A stretch of 61,235 nucleotides of DNA, the filler included, from an uncultured Chlamydiae bacterium (lineage in GTDB: Bacteria; Chlamydiota; Chlamydiia; Chlamydiales; SM23-39), in assembly GCA_937899275.1 (NCBI GenBank). It is 5 parts of 5 records of this genome, joined end to end, with 100 filler letters (N's around TTAATTAATTAA, not from the genome) between each part and the next. Parts side by side here need not be neighbours in the genome. Positions count along the whole stretch, not along the records: positions 1 to 16,715 come from CALBPE010000108.1; 4 more parts are not named here. One strand, given 5' to 3'. The notes under the pieces were generated by a model. It worked only from the letters and a program-made list of their open reading frames with translations, made no database searches and was not told the origin of the DNA. The position numbers and the translations under genes are program-made. Below, piece after piece: positions 1 through 10,232 of the stretch. Position 1 is the first letter of the stretch. Each line of letters begins with the position of its first letter.

Positions 1-1
1 A

Positions 2-1459
2 TACGACGCTATATGGGAAAAAGATGCAGAAAAAGTGGTCCGATTTGTGCATAGTAAAAAAATTGATGTCGCTGCTGCTGAAAAAATTCTAAAAGCTTTT
101 TTTCCTTCTCCCGGATTAAAAACCAGAATCCCCTTACATAGTCAGCTATCGGAAGATTTAATTTTTTTATCTGTACCTCAGGGGTTAGTATTAGTAGGCA
201 ACCGGCATGCTATTGAACGGGCAGAAACGGTACTTGCAGAACTCGAAGGGCAGTTAGAAGACCCTTATGAAATGACGGTCTACTGGTATTCTTGCAAGCA
301 TTCGAATCCAGAAGATATTGCAGATATTTTGTCTCAGGTTTACGAGTCGTTAGTCCAAACCGACACCGATAAAATTCCTGCAACTGTACAACTCGCCCAA
401 CAAAAAACCTCTTCTATGCAAAAAGAGAAAGTTTCCGGTAAAAAAACAGACGCAAAACAGCATGTGATTGATGGTAATTTTATTGTGGATCCTAAAACAG
501 GTTCTATATTGATGGTCGTAAGAAAAGATCAAATTCCGAAAATCAAGTCTCTTTTACAAAAAATCGATGTGCCAAAAAAAATGGTGCAGATCGATGTTCT
601 TCTTGTAGAAAAAAAGTTGCAAGACGAACAGCAGCGAGGGATCAATTTGCTGAAAATCGGCTCTAATGTCAACCGGAATGCGAGCTTTATCGATTTTGAC
701 GGATCGAATAAAGGAGGCGGGCTTTTAGAATTTGTCTTTGCCGCTACTGGAAAAAAGTATACGCCAGATTTTGACCTGACCTACAACTTTTTGATGGCGC
801 AAAAAGATATGAAAATCAACGCTAACCCTTCCGTTTTAGCGGTCAATCAAACCCCTGCTAGCATCTCGATTGTTGAGGAGATTTCTTTAAATAACGGCGC
901 GGTGATTTTAGATTCCTCTACAAGTAATCCCCGATCTGAAACATCATTTACCCGGGCGCAGTATGGAACCATTCTAAAAATGACGCCTACCATTCATTAC
1001 TCTGGCGAGGAAGGAGATCAAGGATTTGTCACCCTTGTAACCGATATCACATTTGATACGACGCAGTCCTCATCGGATAACCGCCCTCCTGTTACCAAAC
1101 GATCGGTCAAAAACGAGGTGACCGTAGCTGATGGAGAAACCATTATTGTAGGCGGGCTTAGAAGGATGACAAAAGAAAAAAACCAGGAAAAAACCCCCTT
1201 TTTAGGTGACCTTCCTGGTATCGGTAAATTTTTCGGTCAGACCATTGAATCCCATATGAACACAGAGATGTTTATTTTCATCACCCCTAGAATCATCAAG
1301 CATCCCATCGAAGATTTGCGGATGATTCGAAAGGAGGAGCTCCGAAAACGAGCAGGTGATCTTCCTGAATTTCTACAAAAGATTTCTGAGGCAAAAGAAA
1401 AAGAAAAGCAAAAGGTGTTAGCAGATACGCTTGATCTGCTTTTTTCCAAGGCGGCGTAA
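2..1459 (+). CDS. gspD: Type II secretion system secretin GspD (5' end outside window)
   Basis: Frame is open from base 2. Secretin motifs ANPSVLAVNQTPASI, YGTILKMTPTI, VADGETIIVGGL, PFLGDLPGIGKFF, EMFIFITPRII; directly upstream of gspE and gspF. Confidence 0.9.
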   Translation, partial: YDAIWEKDAEKVVRFVHSKKIDVAAAEKILKAFFPSPGLKTRIPLHSQLSEDLIFLSVPQGLVLVGNRHAIERAETVLAELEGQLEDPYEMTVYWYSCKHSNPEDIADILSQVYESLVQTDTDKIPATVQLAQQKTSSMQKEKVSGKKTDAKQHVIDGNFIVDPKTGSILMVVRKDQIPKIKSLLQKIDVPKKMVQIDVLLVEKKLQDEQQRGINLLKIGSNVNRNASFIDFDGSNKGGGLLEFVFAATGKKYTPDFDLTYNFLMAQKDMKINANPSVLAVNQTPASISIVEEISLNNGAVILDSSTSNPRSETSFTRAQYGTILKMTPTIHYSGEEGDQGFVTLVTDITFDTTQSSSDNRPPVTKRSVKNEVTVADGETIIVGGLRRMTKEKNQEKTPFLGDLPGIGKFFGQTIESHMNTEMFIFITPRIIKHPIEDLRMIRKEELRKRAGDLPEFLQKISEAKEKEKQKVLADTLDLLFSKAA

Positions 1460-2962
1460 TTGAGAAAAGAGCACCTGCCAATAGAAGACTTAAGTGACTT
1501 TCCTTTTATTCAAGAGAAAAAAACGCTTGTTCCCTATCTTTTTGCAAAAACAGAGGGGCTTATTCCTCTGCAGGAAAAAGAGGGGATCATCTGGGTAGCT
1601 ACCGCTAATGTAGAAAATTTTGACGCTCTAGAAGAGATCCGCTTATTGCTGCAAAAAGAGCTGCAAACGGTATATGCTCCTAAATCTGCTGTAGAAAAAG
1701 CCATTGAACAATGCTATCGAGAAAAAAACGCCGCTATCTCTCCTCCAGAAATAGCCACTTCTTTGCCTAAAACAGCTAGCTCTTCTGGCTACGATCTTTT
1801 AGAGCACTCTTCAGAAAACCCCGTTGTTCGCTTATTGAATGTAATTTTTATTGAAGCTATTAGTAGCGGCGCATCAGACGTGCATTTTGAGCCGGTAGAT
1901 GCCGGTTTTTTCGTGCGCTTTCGGATTGATGGGGTACTGCAAAAACGGTATGAGCCAGCAGTGGACATGCAAAAACCGATGGTTGTGCGCATCAAAGTGA
2001 TGGCAAATTTAGATATCGCAGAATCGCGCCTTCCACAAGATGGCAGAATCAAGCTCTCTATGGGAGGAAGGGAAGTGGATTTTCGGGTAAGTACTCTGCC
2101 CACGCACTTAGGCGAAAGGGTTGTGCTGCGTCTTTTGGATAAAAGTAATGTCCTTCTCGGCCTGAAAAAAATCAATATGCCTTCTCCTATACTGGATCGA
2201 TTCCGAAGGGATATTCAATCACCAGAAGGGCTGGTGCTTGTTACAGGACCTACAGGTAGCGGTAAAACCACAACGCTTTATAGCGCTATCAATGAGCTGA
2301 ATGCAGGTGAAACCAACATCATGACAATTGAGGATCCCGTCGAGTATAAGCTGACGTTAATTGCGCAAATTGGGGTCAACCCTAAAATAGAGCTGACCTT
2401 TAGCGCAGGCTTTCGCCATATTTTACGGCAAGATCCTGATGTGATTATGATAGGGGAAATACGAGACGTAGAAACCGCTGAAATTGCGATTCAAGCCTCT
2501 TTAACAGGCCATTTGGTTTTTAGTACGTTGCATACCAATGACGCTCCATCCGCCATCACACGGCTTGTGGAAATGGGCATTGAACCTTACCTCCTTTCTT
2601 CGTCAGTTATAGGTGTTGTAGCGCAGCGGCTCGTGAGAAAAATTTGTCCTAAATGCAAAGAGCCGTACGACCCTGCAAAAGATAGCGTAGAATCACTTTA
2701 AATAGGCCCTTTAAAAACGCCACTAAATAGAGGTAAGGGATGTATCTTTTGATATCATAAAGGCTATCAAGGAAGATGCGCTATTTATGAATATATGCCC
2801 ATCGATGATGCGGTAAAAAAAGAGATCATGCGCTCTTCTAGCGCAGATAGCATTAGGCAATCGGCTAAGGTGTTCACACTAAAAGATCACGGGCTTTTAC
2901 TAGCAAAAGAAGGAATCACCACTCTTGCAGAAGTATTTCGCGTGGTAAAAATGGAGGTCTGA
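1460..2962 (+). pseudogene. gspE: Type II secretion ATPase GspE, interrupted by two in-frame stops (TAA 2699-2701, TGA 2750-2752); true pseudogene or base-call errors
   Basis: Walker A GPTGSGKTT, TIEDPVEY, LRQDPDVIMIGEIRD, TGHLVFSTLHTND. After the ORF stop the same frame continues RGKGCIF*YHKGYQGRCAIYE...GITTLAEVFRV to TGA 2960-2962, 3 nt before gspF. Confidence 0.85.
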
Positions 2963-2965
2963 TCC

Positions 2966-4147
2966 ATGCCTTTGTTTGAATTTCAAGCGCTATCACCTAC
3001 AGGAAAAAAACAGAAAGGCTCTGTGCATGCAGAAACTCTATTCGATGCGAAAAACACGTTAAATAATACCGATCTCATTATTTTTTCTATTCAGGAAAAA
3101 AAACGGCATCAAACAATTGTCCTATCGAAAAAAGAGCTCCTAGGTTTTACAAGAGAGCTTTACCAGCTTTTGCAAGCGGGCCTGCCTCTTTTTGAGTGTT
3201 TACTTGCTATTGAAGAAAAATCTCAAGGGCGCAAGATGCATAGCATTATTTTAGACCTAATGGATAGCGTCCGTCAGGGCCATTCGTTGTCGTCTGCACT
3301 GGCAAAACACCCCAAAAGTTTTCATAAAATGTACCGCAAGATGGTGGAAAACGGAGAAAAATCGGGCTCTATTGCTGTGGTGCTGCAAGAACTTGCTGCT
3401 TGGATTGAAAAAGAAGAGACATTGAAACGAAAAATCCTTAGCGCTATTAGCTACCCCCTTCTTCTTTTTGGTTTTAGCCTGTTGATTTTGTTTGCGCTTA
3501 TATTTTTTATGATCCCTTCTCTTGCTCCTTTATTTGCTGATCGTCCCTTGCATCCTTTTACCCAAGTGATTTTTTCGATCAGCCATTTTTGCATTTCCCA
3601 TCAGTTAGGGCTTTTTCTCAGTTTTTGTAGCGTAGTTTTTGCAGCGATTGCCTCTAGATACGTGCCTTTGTTTCGGCTGGCAGCGGAAAAACTATCGCTA
3701 TCTATCCCTGTATTACAGGATTTTTTCATCAAATATGGATTTATCCGTTTTTGTCGATCGTCCGCTACGCTTCTCAAAGCAGGCCTTCCTCTTGTAGAAA
3801 CCTTAGAATTAGCGCAGTATGCAGTACAGCAAAAAACCCTTGAAAAAGAGCTTGAAACCGTCCGAAAAGCTGTGATGGAAGGGGGCTCTTTATCAAAAGA
3901 ATTGTCTAAAAGCAGATACATACCTCATTTTGTAACCCGTATGTTATCTATTGCGGAAAAAAGCGGTAAAGCGCCTGAAATGTTTTTGCATATAGCAAAA
4001 ATCTATGAAGAAGAATTTGATGCATCTCTGCAGCAATGTACCAGCGTTTTACAACCAGTGCTACTCGTTTTTATCGGACTTGTTGTGGGAGTTGTTTTGC
4101 TTTCGGTGTTGCTTCCTTTAACCGATGTACACTCATTTATTCAGTAA
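2966..4147 (+). CDS. gspF: Type II secretion inner-membrane platform protein GspF
   Basis: FTRELYQLLQAGLPL, GEKSG, SAISYP, second repeat LLKAGLPLVETL/AEKSG, three hydrophobic segments; follows gspE. Confidence 0.92.
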   Translation: MPLFEFQALSPTGKKQKGSVHAETLFDAKNTLNNTDLIIFSIQEKKRHQTIVLSKKELLGFTRELYQLLQAGLPLFECLLAIEEKSQGRKMHSIILDLMDSVRQGHSLSSALAKHPKSFHKMYRKMVENGEKSGSIAVVLQELAAWIEKEETLKRKILSAISYPLLLFGFSLLILFALIFFMIPSLAPLFADRPLHPFTQVIFSISHFCISHQLGLFLSFCSVVFAAIASRYVPLFRLAAEKLSLSIPVLQDFFIKYGFIRFCRSSATLLKAGLPLVETLELAQYAVQQKTLEKELETVRKAVMEGGSLSKELSKSRYIPHFVTRMLSIAEKSGKAPEMFLHIAKIYEEEFDASLQQCTSVLQPVLLVFIGLVVGVVLLSVLLPLTDVHSFIQ

Positions 4148-4161
4148 TTTTGGAGAGATTT

Positions 4162-4521
4162 ATGAAAAGAAAAAAAAGGCCCCTTACGATCATCGAGATG
4201 ATGATAGTCATTACCTTGATTGGGATTGTTGCAGCAATTGTTGGCTACAACATGCAAGGGGTATTAGAAAAAAGCAAAGTCAAGCAGACAGAGCTTACAA
4301 TACAAAAAGTGCAAGATATTTTAGAGCTAGAGTATACGTTAAATCCCGCTCTTACCTTAGAACAAATTGCTGCAAAACCAAAATTTTACCTCAATAAATC
4401 AGGCTTGGTAAAAGATGCAGGCAAGCTCCTTGTCGATGGCTGGGGTGAAAAATTGGATATTATCGTAGAAAACGACCGGTTAGTGGTAAGCTCAAAAAAG
4501 TATAATGATCGTAGTAACTAA
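4162..4521 (+). CDS. Pseudopilin (GspG-like, chlamydial type)
   Basis: ATG 4162 after GGAGAG; basic leader then type IV pilin-like helix MKRKKRP-LTIIEMMIVITLIGIVAAIV; DGWG motif near the C-terminus; inside the gsp operon. Confidence 0.75.
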   Translation: MKRKKRPLTIIEMMIVITLIGIVAAIVGYNMQGVLEKSKVKQTELTIQKVQDILELEYTLNPALTLEQIAAKPKFYLNKSGLVKDAGKLLVDGWGEKLDIIVENDRLVVSSKKYNDRSN

Positions 4522-4966
4522 AAAGCCGCTTACTCTACTTGAGATGGTTCTTGTTCTCGCTTTACTTGGTACCGCTTCTTATCTATCTTTAACTGCATTT
4601 TTCCCGGTAAAGAAAAAACAGATAGAAAAAAGCGTATCTAGCCTTGATAAAACCTTAAGCGAGATAAGAGCGCTTACAAAAACTGCACAAACCGATGCAG
4701 TAGCTGTCTTAACCAATGAAGAAAAAGGGCTTTTTCTCCAGGTTTATCCCCAAAGCTGGAGGTATCCAGAAAAGCGCTTTACAGGAATTTTTCTCGATCA
4801 TAAAGAGAAAAAAGAGCTTTTTTTTTTCAGTGATGGGACGCAAAGCTTTTCCTCTTTTGCTGTTGTTAGCAAAGATCGAAAGCGCAGCTATCCCATCGAT
4901 TTGCAACAAAGTACCAGCATCATCGATTACGAAAAATCGCCTCTACTTAAGCCCTATTCGTTCTAA
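4505..4966 (+). CDS. Minor pseudopilin-like protein
   Basis: KKP-LTLLEMVLVLALLG pilin-like N-terminal helix with Glu at +5; overlaps the end of the previous gene. Confidence 0.65.
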   Translation: MIVVTKKPLTLLEMVLVLALLGTASYLSLTAFFPVKKKQIEKSVSSLDKTLSEIRALTKTAQTDAVAVLTNEEKGLFLQVYPQSWRYPEKRFTGIFLDHKEKKELFFFSDGTQSFSSFAVVSKDRKRSYPIDLQQSTSIIDYEKSPLLKPYSF

Positions 4967-4984
4967 ATGATCTTCTGATGGAAT

Positions 4985-5551
4985 CTAGGTAAAAGGAGAA
5001 AGCCCGAGCTCAAGAAGAGCAGTCGATCCATAAGTTCGGATTTTGCTGTGGTAGAATGCAGGGGCGGTGAAGGGGGATTTTTTCGAGGTTTCAATAAAGA
5101 TCTTTCCCTTGTCTCTCAAAAGATGAAAAGAGGAGATTTTTTTAAGGATATTGAGCAACAGTTCCTGTAGATCTTTTTCTTGGTAAGGGGGGTCCATAAA
5201 AATGATGTCATAAGGGCCTTCTGCTTTTTTTTTGAACGTTGCTTCTTGCCTGACATCTCCCTGAATAATTTTTACCCGGTCTTGTATTTGTAGGGTTTGT
5301 ACATTAGAAACAATTGCCTGCACCGCTGCAGGGTGTTTTTCGATAAAAGAGGTGTGGATAGCTCCTCTACTCATGGCTTCTAGTCCGATACATCCCGATC
5401 CTGCAAAGATATCTAGAAACCTTGCGCCTGCAAGCTGATTTTGCAAGATATTGAATAACGCCTCTCTTACCTGGCTTTTTGTAGGTCTTGTAGTAGAAAC
5501 TTTTGGCGTCTGCAGTTTTTTTCCTGCAAAGGCCCCTCGAATAATATACAT
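4985..5551 (-). CDS. rsmD: 16S rRNA m2G966 methyltransferase RsmD
   Basis: TRPT...VREALFNIL, LDIFAGSGCIGLEAMSRGA, DIIFMDPPY. Confidence 0.92.
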   Translation of the reverse strand: MYIIRGAFAGKKLQTPKVSTTRPTKSQVREALFNILQNQLAGARFLDIFAGSGCIGLEAMSRGAIHTSFIEKHPAAVQAIVSNVQTLQIQDRVKIIQGDVRQEATFKKKAEGPYDIIFMDPPYQEKDLQELLLNILKKISSFHLLRDKGKIFIETSKKSPFTAPAFYHSKIRTYGSTALLELGLSPFT

Positions 5552-7293
5552 TATGGAAATAACGGTTTTAGTGCGTGCTGCGTAAGAAGAGCGTTTGCTT
5601 TTTTTGCATGGGAGCTATTTCCAGTAGAGAAATACGCATCGTAAGAAGCTAAAGCTTTTTCTATAGCCCACTCTTCTTCTAAATATTTTTGCGCAGAACA
5701 AGCTTTCTGTAAACAGATTTCCTTACGGATATGGATGCAGTTATCTCCATTTTCTGCTTGGAGAAATAGGATGAAATCCTCTTTTCGATTGGTTTTTCCC
5801 ATCACGACAAAAGGGGTGTCTAAATAGAGGTGGTGAATCCGATTTTTTCCAGGTAGTAACTCTATTGTGTGGCCATCACTGCGGGAAGATGCGGTTAGAG
5901 AAACATTTTTTGCAATGGGGTAGTGAATCGATTTCACCAATTTAGAAAGCCTTCTTTTTAATCCCCCTTTCGTATGGGATGTGTAGAGCTCACCCCGATT
6001 GAATAAAGCTAAATTCTCTAAATATTTGCTGTGTTCATCTTCTTGCATCGCAAGGCAATATACCTGAAATTTCCCCTGATTTCTTTGGGTGAAAGCCTGG
6101 AGAAATGCTTCGCTGTTGTACCGGTTACTCATCCCATCTCCATTTGTAATGAGGACAAGGGTAGATACCGCGTGGGGATCGACTGTTTCATGTAGCGCAT
6201 CATACAAAGGTCTATAGGGGTCAGCAGAAGAAAATAGGCTGCCTAATCGCAGATTTTGCAAAAATTCTCGCGCGGCTTTTTTCCCCTGGTTATTCGGTAT
6301 GCAGTTTTCAGGGGAAAACCGGTACGTATTGGTATCAAATCCGATGATGTTAAAACGATCTTCTTTTGTAAGGTAAGAAAGAGACCTTTGTACTGCGCTA
6401 TTTGTCGCTTTCAAACGCGCTTTTTGAATAGCATTTGATGTATCTACTAAAAAGTAGATGTGCTGCGAGAGTTTTGTGAAGGAAGCTTGTTTTTTCGGTA
6501 AAAATGTGGCCGCAAATAAAATGGTATCTTCATCTTGCTCTAGATACTGCACATCGATAGCAAATGCATCAGACCAAGATATCGTTTGTAGATCTTGCAG
6601 CGAGGGAAGAGCCGAAGGCTCTTCTATCTCTAGATCAGAAGATGGAAAAGCGCTTACGCAGCTTTGCTCGATACAAGAGCGGGGGTCCATTTCTTTTAGA
6701 TAGGTAGAGCTTTCTGTAGAATCGAAAGGGGGCTGTTTTATACTAGGTAGATTCGGTCTTTGTACGCTAAAAGATACCTCTTGCTGTAAAGGAAACGTTT
6801 CCTCAGCAAGCAATTTTTCTTGTTCCGATGAAAAACGGGTATAAAAAGGGACATAAAGAGACGAGGCTTCTTGTAGCTCTACAGATAAATCAACAGGGGA
6901 AGATGGCAAAGGCGTATTTTTTTCGATGGAGGCCTTTTTTTTCTCTATATGCGCTTTTGCGCTACAAGCTAGGTCTTTATAAGCTGGTTTTTCTTCAGAT
7001 ACACTAGGCTCTTTTGGGGTTTTTGGAGTAAAGGCAACGCGAGATGCTTCATTTTTAGGAGAGGGTAAAGGAGGTTGTATGTCTTTAGGACGCTCTATTA
7101 AACTATCTGCAATCTCTTGTAAAAATCGAGCATGTTTACCTTTATGTTCTTGCGTGTTGGGCGCGTTTTGCGTGACGTAAACAGAAGATTTTTGTAATAA
7201 AACAATGCATGCTAGATGAACAATACAAGAAAAAACAAACGAAAGAGGAATGCGTAATTTTCTTTTGATAAAAAATGGATCGATTTTTTGCAT
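5551..7293 (-). CDS. Membrane-anchored von Willebrand factor A domain protein
   Basis: N-terminal hydrophobic anchor, Pro/Ser/Glu-rich linker, VWA elements IYFLVDTSNAI, DRFNIIGF, LVLITNGDG, YLENLALFNRG. Start taken at ATG 7293 (ORF track starts at TTG 7317). Confidence 0.7.
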   Translation of the reverse strand: MQKIDPFFIKRKLRIPLSFVFSCIVHLACIVLLQKSSVYVTQNAPNTQEHKGKHARFLQEIADSLIERPKDIQPPLPSPKNEASRVAFTPKTPKEPSVSEEKPAYKDLACSAKAHIEKKKASIEKNTPLPSSPVDLSVELQEASSLYVPFYTRFSSEQEKLLAEETFPLQQEVSFSVQRPNLPSIKQPPFDSTESSTYLKEMDPRSCIEQSCVSAFPSSDLEIEEPSALPSLQDLQTISWSDAFAIDVQYLEQDEDTILFAATFLPKKQASFTKLSQHIYFLVDTSNAIQKARLKATNSAVQRSLSYLTKEDRFNIIGFDTNTYRFSPENCIPNNQGKKAAREFLQNLRLGSLFSSADPYRPLYDALHETVDPHAVSTLVLITNGDGMSNRYNSEAFLQAFTQRNQGKFQVYCLAMQEDEHSKYLENLALFNRGELYTSHTKGGLKRRLSKLVKSIHYPIAKNVSLTASSRSDGHTIELLPGKNRIHHLYLDTPFVVMGKTNRKEDFILFLQAENGDNCIHIRKEICLQKACSAQKYLEEEWAIEKALASYDAYFSTGNSSHAKKANALLTQHALKPLFP

Positions 7294-7386
7294 TATTTTT
7301 CTTATGTTGCCAGTCAACTATACTAAGAATAAGATCTACAGTCAAATTTCTTTATCTATAAAAGAATAAGATAATTATGTGAATAA

Positions 7387-10092
7387 CTATTGTAGATCAG
7401 AAAGGGTTTTTCTGAGGTTAGATAGCGTCTCCACAAAGAAAGTAGATGGAGTATGCAGCGATAACTCTTCTACAAGCTCGAGAGCGTTTGCTATATGCGC
7501 CGTTTTTTCAGGGCTTCCTTTGAGATGAGCTAGTTTCGCTTTGCTGACATAAGCGATCAGATCAAATAGATCCATGTAGGTCAAAAAAATGGATTCTTTT
7601 TCCGGAAACCTTGTCCGAGCAAGCTGGTATTCTTGTCCTAAGACGTCTTTTTCTGATAGAAAGTAATCAATTGTTTTTTGTACAAGGCGTAGAGTTTTTT
7701 CCTCTTTTTTTATTCCTTGTACAGGTGATGTAATCACATCGATGTATAAAATAGCTGCATCTAAATGCAAAGGCTCTTGCTGCAGGTTTTTTTGCAGTAT
7801 GAGGGTTTTTAGCTCGATGATCGCTTCTTTCAAAGGCGTTTTTTGTGCATTTTCTACGGAAAGAGCGGCATGTTTTATGCTCATTTTAGCTTGTTCTAGT
7901 TTGCAATATGTACGCTCTTTTGGTGTGATTAAACAGCTTTTTGCTTTTTCGTAGAGATCTTTTGCTTGCACGTAGTTTTTTTGATCTCTTTTTGCATCGG
8001 CTAAATGTAGGTAAGTAGAGCCCAAAAAGTGGGAGCTTTCGTCGATGTTTTCAATCAATTGTTCCAGCAGGCTCTCTTTGGTCTTTTGCTCTCCCAGGTA
8101 TCCGTAAATAAGCGCTTTATCAATCCATTTTTCTTCTTTCCAAGAGGCATCTAACGCGGCAAGATCGAGATGTTCTAAGATAGATAACGCATTTTTTGCG
8201 AAGAGCTTTTCTTCTTCATCGATCAGATGAAGTTTTTGCTCAATAATCTGGTGGACATCTTCAAGATAGGTGTCGACTAGCCATAAAAGATTCTGCTCTT
8301 GTAGTTTTGCTCCAGAAAGGTACGCGCCGTAAAGGTGATTTCGAGCGGTTAGAAGAGTTTCTTGGTCATTTGTTTCTTCAAAACGCTTGAGATATACGTT
8401 GAAAAGACCTAGTTCTAGTTGAGATCTACTTTCTTTACTTAACGAAGAATGCAGAGCTTTTTCTGCGTACTTGCAGTAAAGAGCGTCGTTTTTTAGACCT
8501 TGTAGATAGGACTCTGCTAGTAGTAAATACGCAGCGCTTGTTAAAGAAGAGTTTTCTTGATCGGTTAAGCGGATGGCTTCTGCAATGCACTCTTCGTACT
8601 GTTCTAAAGAAAAGTGGGCTTTTGCTAGGTAATATATGTACGTTCTTTTTTCTGCAGAAGAAAGGCAAGTATTTGCGCTGAGCACCTTTTGGATACTACT
8701 AAGTAATTCTTTTGCATCGATTCGGCCTTTTCTTTCGGCAAAAATCGCTGCATTTGCAAAAAGTTTCCACGCCTGAGGCTTTGGATTGGGCTTTTCTAAA
8801 AGAGATGCAAGGGCGTTTTTCGCTGCAGAAAAATCTTTTTCTTTATACAAAAGATGGGCGTATGCATAGAGAGTTTTCTGTAAAAGCTCTTCGGGTAGAG
8901 GCTGCTGCAGTAGGTACTCGTAATCATTTTTCGCAGGCGCGGTTTTTTTTAGATTTCTATACATATCCGCTCTATGAAAATAGGCCTCAAATAGTAGAGA
9001 GGAGCTGGGAAGCGTCTTAGAAAATTCTGTTAAATATTTTGTGTAAAGGTTGATGTCTTCTAGATTTTTTGCTGCATGGAGTAAGGTAAAATACGCGTTT
9101 TCTCTTTCTTCTAAAGTTTCTAGATCTTGTCCAGCAAAATGGGCTAGGTGGTCAATTGCTCTTTTGTAATCTTCGACGTAGAAATAGCTTTTACCTAGAA
9201 AAAAATGGAGCTTGTCTTGGTGTTTTTTTTCCAAATGCGCAAATAAAGATTCTTTTACAAGAAGCATTTCTTCATATTTTTTTTGCTCAAATAGCAGGAG
9301 CATTTTGTTGTACGCAGCAGCGCTTTTTTTCGCCCCTTGCATGTGGTAGATTTGGGAAAAGGTATCGATCGCAAGATTTGGCTCAAATTCTAGTTGGAAA
9401 AGGGCCGCCTCGTAGAGTAGATGTTCTTTTTTTTGTGGGAATTTTTCTGCTGCTTCGATGAGCAGTTCCGCGGCTTTTTCATAAGCTTTTTCTTCGGCGT
9501 AAAGAGAGGATAGATCCTCTATGATCTTCGGCTCTTCGTCCGTATGCAATAAAGAGGAAAAAAGTTGTTTTGCTGTTTTTCGGTAGCGCGCTTTTTTTTC
9601 TAAAGAGGGTTCAGTATTTCCCAGTCGCAATGTAGCTACTGCTTGCATCCTGATCAGAGCTTGATGTTTTTGCACATCTTTTTCTATAAAAGTGTCTTTA
9701 AAAGTTTGCGCTGCTTTTAAAATTGCAGGAAAATCTTGCAACTGCTCTAAGGCTTGTAAATAGGAAAACAGCGTTTCTTCCTGTAGACTGGCAGATGTGA
9801 TCGATGCATAGTGGTCGGCTGCATCTGCATACTCTTTTTCTTCAAGGCAAAGGTGCGCCAGCACCGATAATAGCTCTTCTTTATAAATCGTTTCGGGAAA
9901 GTGGCAAATGAATTCTTCAATCTGGTTTTTTACCAGCGCCTTTTCTCCATCTTCCCAAAAGTCGACGATTCGGCGGATGAAAAGGGCTTCTTCCTCTGTT
10001 TTAGGGTGGGGAAATTGCGGCAAGGCGCTTGCAGAAAGATCGAAGGACAAAAAGAAGAAAAAAGAAAGAAATAGATATTTAATGAGAGTCAT
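7387..10092 (-). CDS. Large exported TPR-repeat protein
   Basis: Signal-peptide-like N-terminus; repeated TPR-like helices (FFLGKSYFYVEDYKRAIDHL, YYLAKAHFSLEQYEECI, YLHLADAKRDQKNYVQAKDLYEKA); 901 aa. Confidence 0.75.
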   Translation of the reverse strand: MTLIKYLFLSFFFFLSFDLSASALPQFPHPKTEEEALFIRRIVDFWEDGEKALVKNQIEEFICHFPETIYKEELLSVLAHLCLEEKEYADAADHYASITSASLQEETLFSYLQALEQLQDFPAILKAAQTFKDTFIEKDVQKHQALIRMQAVATLRLGNTEPSLEKKARYRKTAKQLFSSLLHTDEEPKIIEDLSSLYAEEKAYEKAAELLIEAAEKFPQKKEHLLYEAALFQLEFEPNLAIDTFSQIYHMQGAKKSAAAYNKMLLLFEQKKYEEMLLVKESLFAHLEKKHQDKLHFFLGKSYFYVEDYKRAIDHLAHFAGQDLETLEERENAYFTLLHAAKNLEDINLYTKYLTEFSKTLPSSSLLFEAYFHRADMYRNLKKTAPAKNDYEYLLQQPLPEELLQKTLYAYAHLLYKEKDFSAAKNALASLLEKPNPKPQAWKLFANAAIFAERKGRIDAKELLSSIQKVLSANTCLSSAEKRTYIYYLAKAHFSLEQYEECIAEAIRLTDQENSSLTSAAYLLLAESYLQGLKNDALYCKYAEKALHSSLSKESRSQLELGLFNVYLKRFEETNDQETLLTARNHLYGAYLSGAKLQEQNLLWLVDTYLEDVHQIIEQKLHLIDEEEKLFAKNALSILEHLDLAALDASWKEEKWIDKALIYGYLGEQKTKESLLEQLIENIDESSHFLGSTYLHLADAKRDQKNYVQAKDLYEKAKSCLITPKERTYCKLEQAKMSIKHAALSVENAQKTPLKEAIIELKTLILQKNLQQEPLHLDAAILYIDVITSPVQGIKKEEKTLRLVQKTIDYFLSEKDVLGQEYQLARTRFPEKESIFLTYMDLFDLIAYVSKAKLAHLKGSPEKTAHIANALELVEELSLHTPSTFFVETLSNLRKTLSDLQ

Positions 10093-10232
10093 GCCAAATC
10101 CTTTTATCGTAATTATATGCGGTGATTCATTAATTATCCAAAGGAATCCCTACGAAAAAAAACAAGATCAGTGGATTTTTTTTGAGGAAAATCGCCCAAG
10201 GTACGTAACATGCACTCTAATGATTATAGAAG

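Noticed and set aside
2750..2752. TGA at a Cys position in gspE (selenocysteine or TGA reassignment)
   Set aside because: An in-frame TAA lies 51 nt upstream, the other interruptions include TAG and TAA, and many genes here end normally at TGA.
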